From the NCBI RefSeq assembly GCF_046119375.1, contig NW_027362761.1:451608001-451672000 (forward strand): a DNA stretch of 64,000 nucleotides, written 5' to 3'. The notes beneath the pieces are model-generated. The model was not told where the DNA came from. It did not search any database and saw only the letters and a list, made by a program, of their open reading frames with translations. Both the position numbers and the translations under genes were made by a program. The stretch is from Phyllobates terribilis. Its lineage: Eukaryota. How positions within the stretch are numbered: position 1 is the stretch's first letter; every line of letters starts with the position of its first letter. Shown here piece by piece: positions 14,255-28,292 of the stretch.

Positions 14255-14810
14255 TGGGGATCAGGGGGTGCCAAGCATACCAGGATGAGGGATGAAGGGG
14301 GCGATACATAGCAGGAAGGGGAATGAGGGGCGCTATACATACCAGGAAGAGGGATGAGGGGGGCCATACATAACAGGAAGAGGGGTGCCATACATACCAG
14401 GATGAGGTATGCCATACATACCAGGATGAGGGATGAGGGGTGCCATACATACCAGGAGGATTGATAAGGGGGGCCATACATACTAAGAAGACGGATGAAG
14501 GGTGCCATACATACCAGGATGAGGGATGAAGGGTGCCATACATACCAGGATGAGGGATGAAGGGTGTCATACATACCAGGATGGGGATGAGGGGGGCCAT
14601 ACATACCAGGATGAGGGATGAAGGGTGTCATACATACCAGGATGGGGATGAGAGGTGCCATACATACCAGGATGAGGGATGAAGGGTGTCATATATACCA
14701 GGATGGGGATGAGAGGTGCCATGCATACCAGGATGGGGATGAGGGGGTGCCATGCATATCAGGATGGGGATGAGGGCCACGTATAACAGGAAGAAAGGGG
14801 CCATATATAG
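14255..14810. repeat. ~33-bp minisatellite (gccatacataccaggatgagggatgaagggt)
   Basis: Direct tandem copies visible. The array sits upstream of a CCGTA-type (Tc2-like) terminus at about 14940-14985. Confidence 0.9.
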
Positions 14811-14989
14811 CAGGATGGGGAATGTTAACAGAATTGGGGGACATTACCCCTATAACAGTGTCAGCAGCAGACCCCTTCCCCCTTAACAGTGCATCATGAC
14901 TACATTTTTTGCTTACTTTTTTTTTCTATTTTCCTCCTCTAAAACCTAGGTGCGTCTTATGGTCTTATAGTCTGAAAAATACGGTAAAT

Positions 14990-15519
14990 TAAACAGCGTA
15001 AGGGGAAAACAAATCAAAATGCCAGAATTACGCTTTTTTGATCGCCGCAACATTGCAATAAAATCCAGTAAGAGGAGATTAAAGCATCATATCTGCCCCT
15101 AAATGGCATCAGTAAAAATATCAGATCAGGGCACAAAAAAAGAGCCCTCACACAGTCCCATATCCCAAAAAATTAAAACATTACGGGTCTTGGAAAATGA
15201 CAACAAAAGCAAACATTTTTTTTTACGAATTTTGTAATTTTTTTTCACCTCTTAAAAAAAACAAACAAACTATACATGATTGGTATCTGTATACTCATAC
15301 TGACCTGGGGAATCCTATTGCCAGGTCAGTTTTGCCATATAGTAAATAAAAAGCAATTGTGAAATTGCACTATTTTTTGCAAATTTACAGCTTTTCCCAC
15401 AAAAAATAAGCCCTCATACAACTATGTGAACAGAAAAATAAAAAAGTTATGGTCCTGAGAAGAAGGGGAGGAAAAAACAAAAAGAAAAAAAGAAAATCGC
15501 CCGGGGGTAAAGGAGTTAA
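14990..15519. mobile_element. Terminal fragment of a TTAA-specific (piggyBac-like) non-autonomous element
   Basis: Ends ...gggggtaaaggagttaa. AT-rich internal sequence of the same style as 30201-34070. Confidence 0.4.
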
Positions 15520-16150
15520 AATCCTTGTAATAGCCATATAATAGCAGCAGGAGCGCACCCTGCAGGCTTCATTCTTCGGATGTTCATGATAGGTTTACTA
15601 ACAGACTAAAAAAATAATCAAATCTATAAAATGTAATTAGGGCTGGATACCTCCTTAATTCTTAAATGTGTAGACAGTTACCAGGCAGAACTTACAAGGC
15701 ATTAAGGTCAATATTTCCGCTAGTGACCACCCTAGTGACCCCATAACAACACAAGAAAGGAAGCATTGTCATAGGTATTTTGGAACACAAGGATGATGTT
15801 CATTATAATTCAAAATTGACCTTTTTTTAAGTAAAATAGAGTTTGGTATGAAGTATATAGGAGCTATTTGTCAAAAATTACATTTAAGAAGATGAAAACG
15901 TTCTTCTTGCTGACTGTCCAGTTTGTAAAACCTATTTTAATAAACATTTTTAGGTTATTCTTAATTAATAAAAGGAGTCCTGTGTTCATAATCCTCATCT
16001 CTTGGTCAGAGTATAAGTGATTACAAAGAGCGTCTCTCTCTGTAGATCCCGTCATGTATGACACAGACAGCCCAATGATGTGAATGGACGTGTGTGTGTC
16101 TGTCTCTTTGTCTGTGTGCCTCTGTGTGTGGACTCTTGGTGGTATATATA

Positions 16151-17780
16151 CAGTACAGACCAAAAGTTTGGACACACCTTCTCATTTAAAGATTTTTCTG
16201 TATTTTCATGACTTTGAAAATTGTACATTCACACTGAAGGCATCAAATATATGAATTAACACATGTGGAATTATATACTTAACAAAAAAGTGTGAAATAA
16301 CTGAAAATATGTTTTATATTCTAGTTTCTTCAAAGTAGACACCTTTTGCTTTGATGACTGCTTTGCACACTCTTGGCATTCTCTTGATGAACTTCAAGAG
16401 GTAGTCACCGGAAATGGTTTTCACTTCACAGGTATGCCCTGTCAGGTTTAATAAGTGGGATTTCTTGCCTTATAAATGGGGTTGGGACCATCAGTTGTGT
16501 TGTGCAGAAGTCAGGTGGATACACAGCTGATAGTCCTACTGAATAGACTGTTAGAATTTGTATTATGGCAAGAAAAAAGCAGCTAAGTAAAGAAAAACAA
16601 GTGGCCATCATTACTTTAAGAAATGAAGGTCAGTCAGTCCGAAAAATTGGGCAAACTTTGAAAGTGTCCCCAAGTGCAGTTGCAAAAACCATCAGGCGAT
16701 ACAAAGAAACTGGCTCACATGAGGACCGCCCCAGGAAAGGAAGACCAAGAGTCACCTCTGCTTCTGAGGATAAGTTTATCCGAGTCACCAGCTTCAGAAA
16801 TCGCAGGTTAACAGCAGCTCAGATTAGAGACCAGGTCAATGCCACACAGAGTTCTAGCAGCAGACACATCTCTACAACAACTGTTAAGAGGAGACTTTGT
16901 GCAGCAGGCCTTAATGGTAAAATAGCTGCTAGGAAACCACTGCTAAGGACAGGCAACAAGCAGAAGAGACTTGCTTGGGCTAAAGAACACAAGGAATGGA
17001 CATTAGACCAGTGGAAATCTGTGCTTTGGTCTGATGAGTCCAAATTTGAGATCTTTGGTTCCAACCACCGTGTCTTTGTGCGACGCAGAAAAGGTGAACG
17101 GATGGACTCTACATGCCTGGTTCCCATCGTGAAGCATGGAGGAGGAGGTGTGATGGTGTGGGCGTGCTTTGCTGGTGACACTGTTGGGGATTTATTCAAA
17201 ATTGAAGGCATACTGAACCAGCATGGCTACCACAGCATCTTGCAGCGGCATGCTATTCCATCCAGTTTGCGTTTAGTTGGACCATCATTTATTTTTCAAC
17301 AGGACAATGACCCCAAACACACCTCCAGGCTGTGTAAGGGCTATTTGACCAAGAAGGAGAGTGATGGGGTGCTACGCCAGATGACCTGGCCTCCACAGTC
17401 ACCAGACCTGAACCCAATCGAGATGGTTTGGGGTGAGCTGGACCGCAGAGTGAAGGCAAAAGGGCCAACAAGTGCTAAGCATCTCTGGGAACTCCTTCAA
17501 GATTGTTGGAAGACCATTTCCGGTGACTACCTTTTGAAGCTCATCAAGAGAATGCCAAGAGTGTGCAAAGCTGTCATCAAAGCAAAAGGTGGCTACTTTG
17601 AAGAACCTAGAATATAAGACATATTTTCAGTTGTTTCACACTTTTTTGCTAAGTATATAATTCCACATGTGTTAATTCATGGTTTTGATGCCTTCAGTGT
17701 AAATGTATAATTTTCATACTCATGAAAATACAGAAAAATCTTTAAATGAGAAGGTGTGTCCAAACTTTTGGTCTGTACTG
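16151..17780 (+). mobile_element. Full-length DD38E (Intruder-type) Tc1-superfamily transposon
   Basis: TA TSD and ~172-bp TIRs (cagtacagaccaaaagtttggacacacc...), whose outer ~60 bp are identical. Confidence 0.95.
16565..17617 (+). CDS. Intact DD38E transposase, 350 aa
   Basis: ATG to stop uninterrupted. HTH region and GRPR motif, then WSDE, QQDNDPKH and LNPIE, with 38 residues between the second D and E by manual count. Confidence 0.93.
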   Translation: MARKKQLSKEKQVAIITLRNEGQSVRKIGQTLKVSPSAVAKTIRRYKETGSHEDRPRKGRPRVTSASEDKFIRVTSFRNRRLTAAQIRDQVNATQSSSSRHISTTTVKRRLCAAGLNGKIAARKPLLRTGNKQKRLAWAKEHKEWTLDQWKSVLWSDESKFEIFGSNHRVFVRRRKGERMDSTCLVPIVKHGGGGVMVWACFAGDTVGDLFKIEGILNQHGYHSILQRHAIPSSLRLVGPSFIFQQDNDPKHTSRLCKGYLTKKESDGVLRQMTWPPQSPDLNPIEMVWGELDRRVKAKGPTSAKHLWELLQDCWKTISGDYLLKLIKRMPRVCKAVIKAKGGYFEEPRI

Positions 17781-17940
17781 TATGTCTATAGCTTATATTC
17801 ATTTACAGACGACTGGTAGCCCAGCAGCATAGTGTCATAAAATTTAAGCTACATAACTAATACTGCACAAATAGCAAGCACCGTCAGACAGCTCTATTGA
17901 AAATCAGGTCAGATGCAATTGTAATTTGTGGCTATCACTG

Positions 17941-17987
17941 GCTCGGTGTGCAGCTCGGTGTGCAGCTCGGTGTGCAGCTCAGTGTGC
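17941..17987. repeat. 12-bp tandem repeat (gctcggtgtgca) x~4
   Basis: Three perfect units plus one variant. Confidence 0.9.
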
Positions 17988-18894
17988 TTGTCTCCATTGC
18001 GGGTAGGTGCTGGAGCTGTCTTTCATCGGTCTGTATGGTAAATCAGCCATATTCACTGGCTTTAATGGTTTCAAGTTCTCTTAGACCACACATGGACAAC
18101 AAATGGGCCGATTATATGCTCGTCTGAACAAGTCCTAAAATACATCTGATGCAAAATAAAACCCAAAAAATGCAGCAACAATGTATGTGGCCCTCCAGAC
18201 TGAAATAGAAAGGGTTTTATTGGGCCATTAATTGCAAGCAGATTATGCAAGTGCAGCATAGAGTGAATTTATACAAGAATTGTGTAATTACATATACACA
18301 AGGAATTATGGGTAATAAAAAATAACATGATATTAAAAGAGTTTAAGAAATACTGTATCAATTACTGGGCTGCTTGCTACAGTTTTGATAAAAATCATTG
18401 TTATATCTGCTGCAGATCTAGCAGTTCTCTGAATGCTGAGCTCTGTATAACCCCGCCCACATCACTGATTGGTAGCTTTCTGTGTAAACTGTGCACAGGC
18501 AGAAAGTTGCCAATCAGTGGTGAGGATGGGGTTACACAGAGCTCATTAATATGGAGGACTACATGCAGAAGGTTTACTAGTCCTCTAGGCATAATCTTCT
18601 GCTGATAAAAATGTGATTTTATCAAACTAGCAAGCGGCCTAGTAAGTGATACATCGGTCTCTGTCTCTTCATTATGCTACTTTTAGAATAGGTGATAAAA
18701 ACTCGGTGACACATTCCCTTTGAAAAAGGCTTTTTAGGTGAAATCTTAATTGTATTGTTGTGAATAAACAGACCTGTAATATTTCTGCATACTGTTACTA
18801 CTTGGTGTGCTGTTTCTACTTACTAGATCATAGTATGAAAGCAGGTCAGGACTGCACATGGTTTGTTTGTTGTCTGTTACCATGGAGACACATA

Positions 18895-20530
<1,636 letters not shown>

Positions 20531-20720
20531 TAGGTCTGCACAGAAGCTGTTAACAAAAAAAACCCTGTCAAATATTTTTAATCAGGAATATTTGCAAAGT
20601 TGTTTCTGTTAAAATTATTCGTGAATTGAAGCGCTTACTGGAACATCTGATAAATGATGCTTCATCCCTTCTTCCTTTTTGCAGCCTCTGTTAACCAATT
20701 GCTGATTATTATATTTATAG

Positions 20721-20800
20721 GTATTTGACTATGACTTTGGACTTCAAGATGACTTTATGGGGTCTGCTTTTCTTGATCTTACAACACTGGAACTACAAAG
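20721..20800 (+). CDS. MCTP1: MCTP1-like coding exon (end of first C2 domain), 80 bp
   Basis: Acceptor tttatag and donor gtaagt. Translates VFDYDFGLQDDFMGSAFLDLTTLELQ+AG, near-identical to recalled vertebrate MCTP1 VFDYDFGLQDDFMGSAFLDLTQLELNR. Confidence 0.93.
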
Positions 20801-21265
20801 GTAAGTGAACTGTACTTGCATATCTCAGTGAAAAAAACTCATGTCTCCCTGTGGTTTTAGTGTAGTCCAACAAATATAATTATACTCCTGCTCTTCAGCT
20901 TCACCCTCCCCTAATAATAAAGCAAGCATAAAACACTTTTATGTATATCGTATCAGAGAAATATTTTTCTTTCTTCACTTATGACCTACTTCTCCTTCCC
21001 CTGCCTCCTGAATTGATCCCTCACTTTGAAAAACTGATAAAATGCTGCCTGTCAACAGAGGTTTCTTATCCAACTCCCTATATACCAGTAAGTCATTTAA
21101 AATGGTAGAAAGGAGAAGAGAGAGTAGTAGAGTGAGTAAGAGCAAGAACCAGAGGGATAGTGTTGCTTCTTTCTAGTAATTATTTATCTCAGTCCTGAGC
21201 TGACTTCACAGCTACACTTCTGAGTCCTGCTGTATAATGTCTTCCATGATACTCCTAATTTAAAC

Positions 21266-21740
21266 ATAACTTTATAGCTTCATAGTTTTTAAGGTTGAAG
21301 ATAGATATAAGTCTGTCTAGTTCAACCTATAGCCTAACATGCTGATCCAGAGGAAGGTAAAACCCCCATTGGGCAGACACTAAAAGCTCCATATTAGGGG
21401 AAAATTCCTTCCCAACTCCATATACAGCAATCAGACTACTTAATACCCATAATCTAAAATATTATGTTTATCAAGAAAGGCATACAGACCCTGCTTGTAC
21501 TTTTGTATTGAATCAACCATTACAACATATTGTGGCAGACAGTTTCATAATCTCACTGCTTTAAAGAATTGCTGTCTGTGATAATGATCAAATCTTCTTT
21601 CCTCTAGACATAGAGGATGCCCCTTTGTCACCATTGCAGGCCCAGGTGTAAAAAGATTATTAAAAAGACCTCTTTACTGTCCCCTCATATATTTGTAATA
21701 AGATCACTCCTAAGCCTTTGTTTTTCAAACTGAATAACGT
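21266..21740 (-). mobile_element. CR1 LINE 3' fragment
   Basis: catagt-type tail and 3'UTR (aaggttgaag...tagttcaacc...gatccagaggaagg), plus decayed RT C-terminus, resembling 25335-25900. Confidence 0.7.
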
Positions 21741-21848
21741 GCTACATAGAGACAAGAAAGCAGGAATCCCTCATGTCTCTGTAAACTGTGTATGGAAGAC
21801 ATCATAGTAGCTAATCTCCACACAATAGCCCAGTCAATTGCAATTTAA

Positions 21849-22928
21849 AGAAGCACTTCCAACAAAGTTTTTTTATCATCTAAATATATTGCAATCATCA
21901 TATTATATAGCACTGTGTGCTTACAATTGCTCATTTTGCCTTTCTACCAGCTAATTCTTCTGTTTTCTCTGCTCTATGTAGAAACAGGAAGTGTGACAGC
22001 AGTGGGGGTGGACCCACTGCACCACTGGCCGTGCTTACCCTGGAGGGGCGTGACTAAGTGACTATGTAGTTTTCACTAGAGCCTCTAATGGTGAGGATAG
22101 GCTTGGGCCGTTAGGGTAGTCACTAGGTGCCACTCCACGGCAATGCCCGGACCTGCAGCAGCTGACCAATGAGTCAGAGGCACAAATGTGAGGCACAGAG
22201 GACAAAGATAGAGACGTGGTCAGACAGTCCGAGGTCGGGGCGGGCAGCAATGATCAAAATACGAAGCTGTCATCAGGAGCGGAGAGATCAGACAGAACAG
22301 GCAAACAAGCTGGGTCAGTAACAGGAGAGTCAAACAAGAATGCACCTAGATGGGAAACTGAAGATTAACTTCAACAGAATCTAAGTTCAGGGAAAGTGTG
22401 GAGGGAGGAGCTGCCTAATATAGTCCCTGATGGCAGTTGAGAGGCCAGGGAAGCAAAACTTTGCAGGACCCAGCGGGTTTAAATCCTGCAGAGTCTGACC
22501 ACGCCTCCCTATAGCCAGGTGGAGACTGTCCAGCTACATGAGGATGCAACAGTGCTAGGGATGCTGCAACAGTGCTGGGAATGCTGCAAGAGGCAGTTCA
22601 GCGAGATGGCTTGACTCAGGAAGGAGCAGAGCGGTGAACGCAGTGAGTAGGACGGCGCTGAGTAGGCGTGCTCCCTCCTTTCCCTCTGCCAGCGACTTTT
22701 ACAGTGACTCATGACTCATACAGGGAAAATTTACTTCCTGTTTCTACATAGAGCTTAGAAGGATTCAGCTAGTCAGTTTTAAATCATGTGATATCTTAGA
22801 CCTAATGGAAAAGAGAAGAATTAGCTGGGTAGAAAGGTAAAATGAGCAAATGTAAGTACACAGTGCTATATAATACGATGACTGCAATATATTAAGAGGA
22901 AAAAAACTTTGATGGGAGGAGTGCTTCT
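21849..22928. mobile_element. Kolobok/T2-like foldback MITE containing an insertion
   Basis: TTAA on both flanks, termini AGAAGCACT...AGTGCTTCT, and arms over 100 bp that are reverse-complementary. Confidence 0.8.
21992..22703. mobile_element. Probable solo LTR inside the MITE
   Basis: TGTGACA...TTACA termini, GC-richer than its host. No clean TSD because the host is deleted at the junction. Confidence 0.45.
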
Positions 22929-23061
22929 TTAAGATATAGAGCCTGCAGAGGGGAAACTTAGTGATAAATAGGGGAAACAGGTCATATAATGGAATGTTAT
23001 TCCTCCTGTAAATTATTCTGAAAACACCTTACTTTTTGATGTTGCAGTTTTTCTGCACCTA

Positions 23062-25173
23062 CAGTGGGTACGGAAAGTATTCAGACCCCTTTAAATTTTT
23101 CCACACTTTGTTTCATTGCAGCCATTTGGTAAATTCTAAAAAGTTCATTTTTTTCTCATTAAAGTACACTCTGCACCCCATCTTGACTGAAAAAAAACCC
23201 CCAAAATTTAGAAATTTTTGCAAATTTATTAAAAAAGAAAAACTGAAATATCACATGGTCATAAGTATTCAGACCCTTTGCTCAGTATTGAGTAGAAGCA
23301 CCCTTTTGAGCTAGTACAGCCATAAGTCTTCTTGGGAATGATGCATCAAGTTTTTCACACCTGAATTTGGGGATCCTCTGCCATTCTTCCTTGCAGATCC
23401 TCTCCAGTTCCGTCAGATTGGATGGTGAACGTTGGTGGACAGCCATTTTCAGGTCTCTCCAGAAATGCTCAATTGGGTTTAGGTCATGGCTCTGGCTGGG
23501 CCAGTCACGAATGGTCGCAGAGTTGTTCTGAAGCCACTCCTTTGTTATTTTAGCTGTGTGCTTAGGGTCATTGTCTTGTTGGAAGGTGAACCTTCGGTCA
23601 AGTCTGAGGACCAGAGCACTCTGGAAGAGATTTTCATCCAGGATATCTCTGTACTTGGCCGCATTCATGTTTCCTTCAATTGCAACCAGTCGTCCTGTCC
23701 CTGCAGCTGAAAAACACCCCCATAGCATGATGCTGTCACCACCATGTTTCACTGTTGGGATTGTATTGGGCAGGTGATGAGCGTGCCTGGTTTTCTCCAC
23801 ACATACCGCTTAGAATTATCACCAAAAAGTTCTATCTTCGTCTCATCAGACCAGAGAATCTTATTTCTCATAGTCTGGGAGTCCTTTATGTGTTTTTGAA
23901 CAAACTCTCTGCGAGCTTTCATATGTCTTGCACTGAAGAGAGGCCTCCGTCGGGCCACTCTGCCATAAAGGTCTGACTGGTGGAGGGCTGCAGTGAGAGT
24001 TCACTTTATGGAACTTTCTCCCATCTCCCTACTGCATCTCTGGAGCTCAGCCACAGTGATCTTTGGGTTCTTCTTTACCTCTGTCACCAAGGCTCTTCTC
24101 CCACGATTGTTCAGTTTGGCTGGACGGCATGGTCTAGGAAGACTTCTGGTGGTAATGCAGAAATTCTTTTGTAACCTTGGCCAGATCTGTGACTTGCCAC
24201 AATTCTGTCTCTGAGCTTCTTGGGCAGTTCCTTTGAGCTCATGATTCTCATTTGGTCTGACATGCACTGTGAGCTGTGAGGTCTTATATAGACAGGTGTG
24301 TAACTTTCCAAATCAAGTCCTATCAGTTTAATTAAACACAGCTGGACTCCAATGAAGGAGTAGAACCATCTCAAGAAGGATCACAAGGAAATGGACAGTA
24401 TGTGACTTAAATATGAGTGTGTGAGCAAAGGGTCTGAATACTTATGACCATGTGATATTTCAGTTTTTATTTTTTAATAAATTTGCAAAAATGTCTACAT
24501 TTCTGTTTTTTTTCAGTCAAGATAAGGTGCAGAGTGATTTAAACTTTTATATTTTTAAAATTTTTTTAAAAACATTTTTTTTTCACTTTTTGCTTGCTTC
24601 TATAGTCTCCATAGGAGACTAGAAGCAGCACTTGTCTGATCGCCTCTGCCACATACAGGTGATCAGCAGATCACCTGTATGTAGCAGAAATGGTCCTGTG
24701 CTATGAGCGCCGACCACTAGGTGGCGCTCATAGCGACCAGCTCATGACAACCACTGGAGTCTGCTTGACCCAGGGTTGTCATGTCCACCCATCGGTGACC
24801 CGCAATCACGTGACTGGGTCACCGATGGGCAGGGTAAGTGACGCGCTTCCTGCGCGGCGATGTTAAATGCCGCTGTCAGAGATTGACAGTGGCGTTTAAC
24901 ATGTTAACAGCCGCGGGTGGATTGCGATTCCACCCGCGGCTGTTGCGGGCACATGTCCGCTGTAATAATCAGTTGACATGTGCCCGGTTCAGTGCAGACT
25001 CAGCGCCGGAGCCCTCTCTGAACCGGGGGGTTACAGCCTGTGCGTACAAATACGGCACAGGCTGTAAAGTGGTTAATGAGAAAAAAAATGAACTTTTTAG
25101 AATTTACCAAATGGCTGCAATGAAACAAAGAGTGAAAAATTTAAAGGGGTCTGAATACTTTCCGTTCCCACTG
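23062..25173 (-). mobile_element. Degenerate Tc1 transposon, right TIR interrupted
   Basis: TA TSD and TIR cagtgggtacggaaagtattcagacccc. Frameshifted transposase fragments at 23282-24245 (QQDNDPKH, LNPIE). Confidence 0.92.
24540..25077. mobile_element. TTAA-specific element fragment inserted into the Tc1 TIR
   Basis: The TIR breaks at gtgcagagtga and resumes at ttaatgagaaaa. The insert ends aaagtggttaa, matching the terminus ttaaccactt at 30197. Confidence 0.6.
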
Positions 25174-25334
25174 TATTATGTAAATTAGGTTACTTGAGGT
25201 TTTTCATTGCTTTTTTGTGTGCGTTTTTTTTAACATGTTTTTGATGCTGCATTTTTGTCTCTTTTTGGTGTGTTATTCTGTAAAGAAGGCTGCTTTGTTT
25301 TTGATACTTCCTGGTATTGGACTTTGACAAAACT

Positions 25335-28266
25335 TACATAGTTACATAGTTTATAGTTACATAGTTTATAAGGCCGAAAAAAGACAAGCGTCCATCCAGT
25401 TCAGCCTATTTCTTGTGCACTGCAGCTATTCCGCAGCGTTGATCCAGGGGAACGCAAAAAAAAGCAAAACAAAAAAAAAAAAAACATGCGGTATAGGTCA
25501 ATTGACATCATTGAGGAAAAAATTCACTTCCCGACACCAATCTGGATTAATTAACTATCACTAAGCATAAGATGTAATTTTATTGTTCTCAAGAAAGGCG
25601 TCCAGGCCTCTCTTGAACTCATTAAGTGAGTTGGACATCACCACTTCCTCTCCCAGAGAGTTCCAGAGTCTCACGGCTCTTACCGTAAAGAATCCCCTTC
25701 TATGCTGGTGCAGGAACCTCCTTTCCTCCAGACGCATAGTGTGCCCCCTCGTCTTTGTCACCATCCTTGGTATAAACAGGTCATGGGAGAGATCTCTGTA
25801 CTGCCCCCTGATGTATTTATACATGTTTATGAGGTCTCCCCTAAGCCTTCTCTTTTCCAACGTAAATAGGCCTAATTTTGACAACCTCTCTGGGTATTCT
25901 AGTCCCTCCATTCCCTTTATTACCTTAGTCGCCCTCCTTTGTACCCTCTCTAGCTCCAATATGTCTTTCCTGAGCACCGGAGCCCAGAACTGTGCACAAT
26001 ATTCTAAGTGCGGCCTTACCAGTGCTTTATACAGAGGAAGAACAATGTTCTCATCATATGCCCCTATTCCTCTTCTGATGCATGCCATGACTCTATTTGC
26101 CTTCGCAGCTGCTGCCTGACACTGGGCACTCCAATTTAATTTGCTATTAACCAAGACGCCCAGGTCCTTCTCCATGTCAGATTTCCCCAACGTTTTCCCA
26201 TTTAATATGTATGGGTGACTGCTGTTTTTCTTTCCCATGTGCATGACCTTACATTTATCGGCATTGAACCCCATTTGCCATTTTTTGGCCCAACTCCCCA
26301 ATTTATCTAAATTCTCCTGTAGCTGTGCCCTATCCTCATCTGTGTTAACTACTTTACAAAGTTTAGTATCATCTGTAAATATTGCTATTTTACTATGCAA
26401 CCCTTCCACTAGATCATTAATAAATATATTAAATAATATAGGGCCCAAGACAGACCCTTGAGGCACCCCGCTAGTAACCCTGACACACCCTGAGCTTACT
26501 CCATTGATAACCACCCTCTGCTTTCTATCACTCAGCCAGCTATTTACCCACTTGCACACATTATCCCCCAGACCAGGCATTCTCATTTTATATACCAACC
26601 TTTTGTGTGGCACGGTATCAAACGCTTTGGAGAAGTCAAGGTATACAACATCCACTGACTCTCCCCGGTCCAGCTGTGAGCTCACCTCCTCGTAGAAGGC
26701 AATCAGGTTTGTTTGGCAGGAGCGATCTCTCATGAATCCATGTTGATATGGAGTTAGACAGTTATTATCATTAAGATATTCTACAATAGCATCTCTAAGA
26801 AATCCTTCAAACAATTTACCCACAACAGACGTTAAGCTGACTGGTCTATAGTTCCCAGGGTCACTTTTAGACCCCTTTTTGAATATTGGTACCACATTTG
26901 CTTGGCGCCAGTCTAGTGGGGCAGTCCCTGTCCATAAAGAGTGCTTGAATATAAGATACAGCGGTCTGTCTATCACATTACTTAATTCTTTTAGTACCCG
27001 GGGGTGTATGCCATCTGGGCCTGGTGACTTGTCTATTGTGATATTATTTAGGCGTTTCTGAACTTCCTCCTGGGTTAGGTGGGTAATATTTAGTGGAGGG
27101 TTTACTTTATCACTTTGCATTTCCTCCGATAAATTGTTTTCTTTTGTGAAAACAGTGGAGAAGAAGCTATTGAGTAGGTTGGCTTTACCCTCATCGCCCT
27201 CTATGATTTTACCCAGGTTATTTTTCAATGGGCCAACTCCATCAGTTTTAATCCTTTTACTGTTTATATAGTTAAAGAACAGTTTGGGATTCGTTTTACT
27301 TTCCTTGGCAATTAGTCTCTCTGTCTCCTCTTTTGCTATTCTTATTTGTTTCTTACAGATTTTGTTTTTTTCCCTATAAGTTATTAGCGCTTCCTCGCTG
27401 CCTTCTTGTTTAAGTTTACCGAAAGCCCTTTTTTTGTTTTTCATTGCCCTCTTGACTTCCTTATTTAGCCACATTGGCTTCCTCCTATTCCTAGCCCTTT
27501 TATTCCCATAAGGTATGTACCTTCTACAGTGACTATGTAGGACTGTTTTGAAAATTTCCCATTTTCTATCCGTGCTCCTATTACTAAAGATACTATCCCA
27601 GTCTATAAGGTGAAGGGCATCTCTTAGCTGATCAAACTTTGCCCTCCTGAAGTTCAGTGTTTTTGTGACTCCCTTGCTGGGCACCCTACTGAAGCACATG
27701 TGGCATTGTATAATGTTGTGGTCACCATTTCCCAGGTGCCCCCCGACCTGCGCCTCAGTTATTCTGTCTGGCCTGTAAGTTAATATTAAGTCTAAAAGGG
27801 CCGTCCCTCTAGTTGGTTCCTGCACAAGTTGTGACAAATAATTGTCTTTGATAATTGACAGAAACCTGTTTCCTTTCTGAGATCTACAGCTTTCGGTTTC
27901 CCAGTCTATATCGGGGTAGTTGAAGTCCCCCATAATAATCACCTCGTTATTTTTTGCTACTTCATCTATTTGTCTCATTAATAGACTTTCCGTGGCTTCT
28001 GCTATATTTGGTGGTTTATAACAGACTCCTATGATAATTTTATTATTGTTTTTTGCCCCATGTATCTCCACCCATAAGGACTCGACCTCCTCATTTCCCT
28101 CCCATACATCCTCCCGTATTGTAGGCTTTAGACACGTCTTTACATATAGACAGACTCCACCCCCTTTCCGATTTCTTCGATCCCTTCTAAACAGACTGTA
28201 ACCCTGTAAGTTAACTGCCCAGTCATAGCTTTCATCCAACCATGTCTCGGTTATTCCCACTATGTC
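25335..28266 (-). mobile_element. 5'-truncated young CR1 LINE
   Basis: (ACATAGTT)n tail at about 25335-25366, 3'UTR, and an uninterrupted ORF2. Confidence 0.95.
25561..28266 (-). CDS. CR1 ORF2 (APE endonuclease + RT), ~900 codons open but lacking its N-terminus
   Basis: GITETW, MGDFNYPDIDW, PGNYRPVSLTS, YLDFSKAFD, GVPQGSVLGP, FTDD (normally FADD), EKDLGV. The TTG start in the ORF track lies in flank sequence. Confidence 0.9.
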   Translation of the reverse strand, partial: DIVGITETWLDESYDWAVNLQGYSLFRRDRRNRKGGGVCLYVKTCLKPTIREDVWEGNEEVESLWVEIHGAKNNNKIIIGVCYKPPNIAEATESLLMRQIDEVAKNNEVIIMGDFNYPDIDWETESCRSQKGNRFLSIIKDNYLSQLVQEPTRGTALLDLILTYRPDRITEAQVGGHLGNGDHNIIQCHMCFSRVPSKGVTKTLNFRRAKFDQLRDALHLIDWDSIFSNRSTDRKWEIFKTVLHSHCRRYIPYGNKRARNRRKPMWLNKEVKRAMKNKKRAFGKLKQEGSEEALITYREKNKICKKQIRIAKEETERLIAKESKTNPKLFFNYINSKRIKTDGVGPLKNNLGKIIEGDEGKANLLNSFFSTVFTKENNLSEEMQSDKVNPPLNITHLTQEEVQKRLNNITIDKSPGPDGIHPRVLKELSNVIDRPLYLIFKHSLWTGTAPLDWRQANVVPIFKKGSKSDPGNYRPVSLTSVVGKLFEGFLRDAIVEYLNDNNCLTPYQHGFMRDRSCQTNLIAFYEEVSSQLDRGESVDVVYLDFSKAFDTVPHKRLVYKMRMPGLGDNVCKWVNSWLSDRKQRVVINGVSSGCVRVTSGVPQGSVLGPILFNIFINDLVEGLHSKIAIFTDDTKLCKVVNTDEDRAQLQENLDKLGSWAKKWQMGFNADKCKVMHMGKKNSSHPYILNGKTLGKSDMEKDLGVLVNSKLNWSAQCQAAAAKANRVMACIRRGIGAYDENIVLPLYKALVRPHLEYCAQFWAPVLRKDILELERVQRRATKVIKGMEGLEYPERLSKLGLFTLEKRRLRGDLINMYKYIRGQYRDLSHDLFIPRMVTKTRGHTMRLEERRFLHQHRRGFFTVRAVRLWNSLGEEVVMSNSLNEFKRGLDAFLENNKITSYA

Positions 28267-28292
28267 TTCACACAACTTTCTTCACACACTTA

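Noticed and set aside
14155-14661. Pro/His/Met-rich ORFs of 168 and 125 aa
   Set aside because: Translations of a stop-poor minisatellite, open in two frames, with no splice context.
25583-26119. 178-aa plus-strand ORF
   Set aside because: Antisense shadow of CR1 ORF2.
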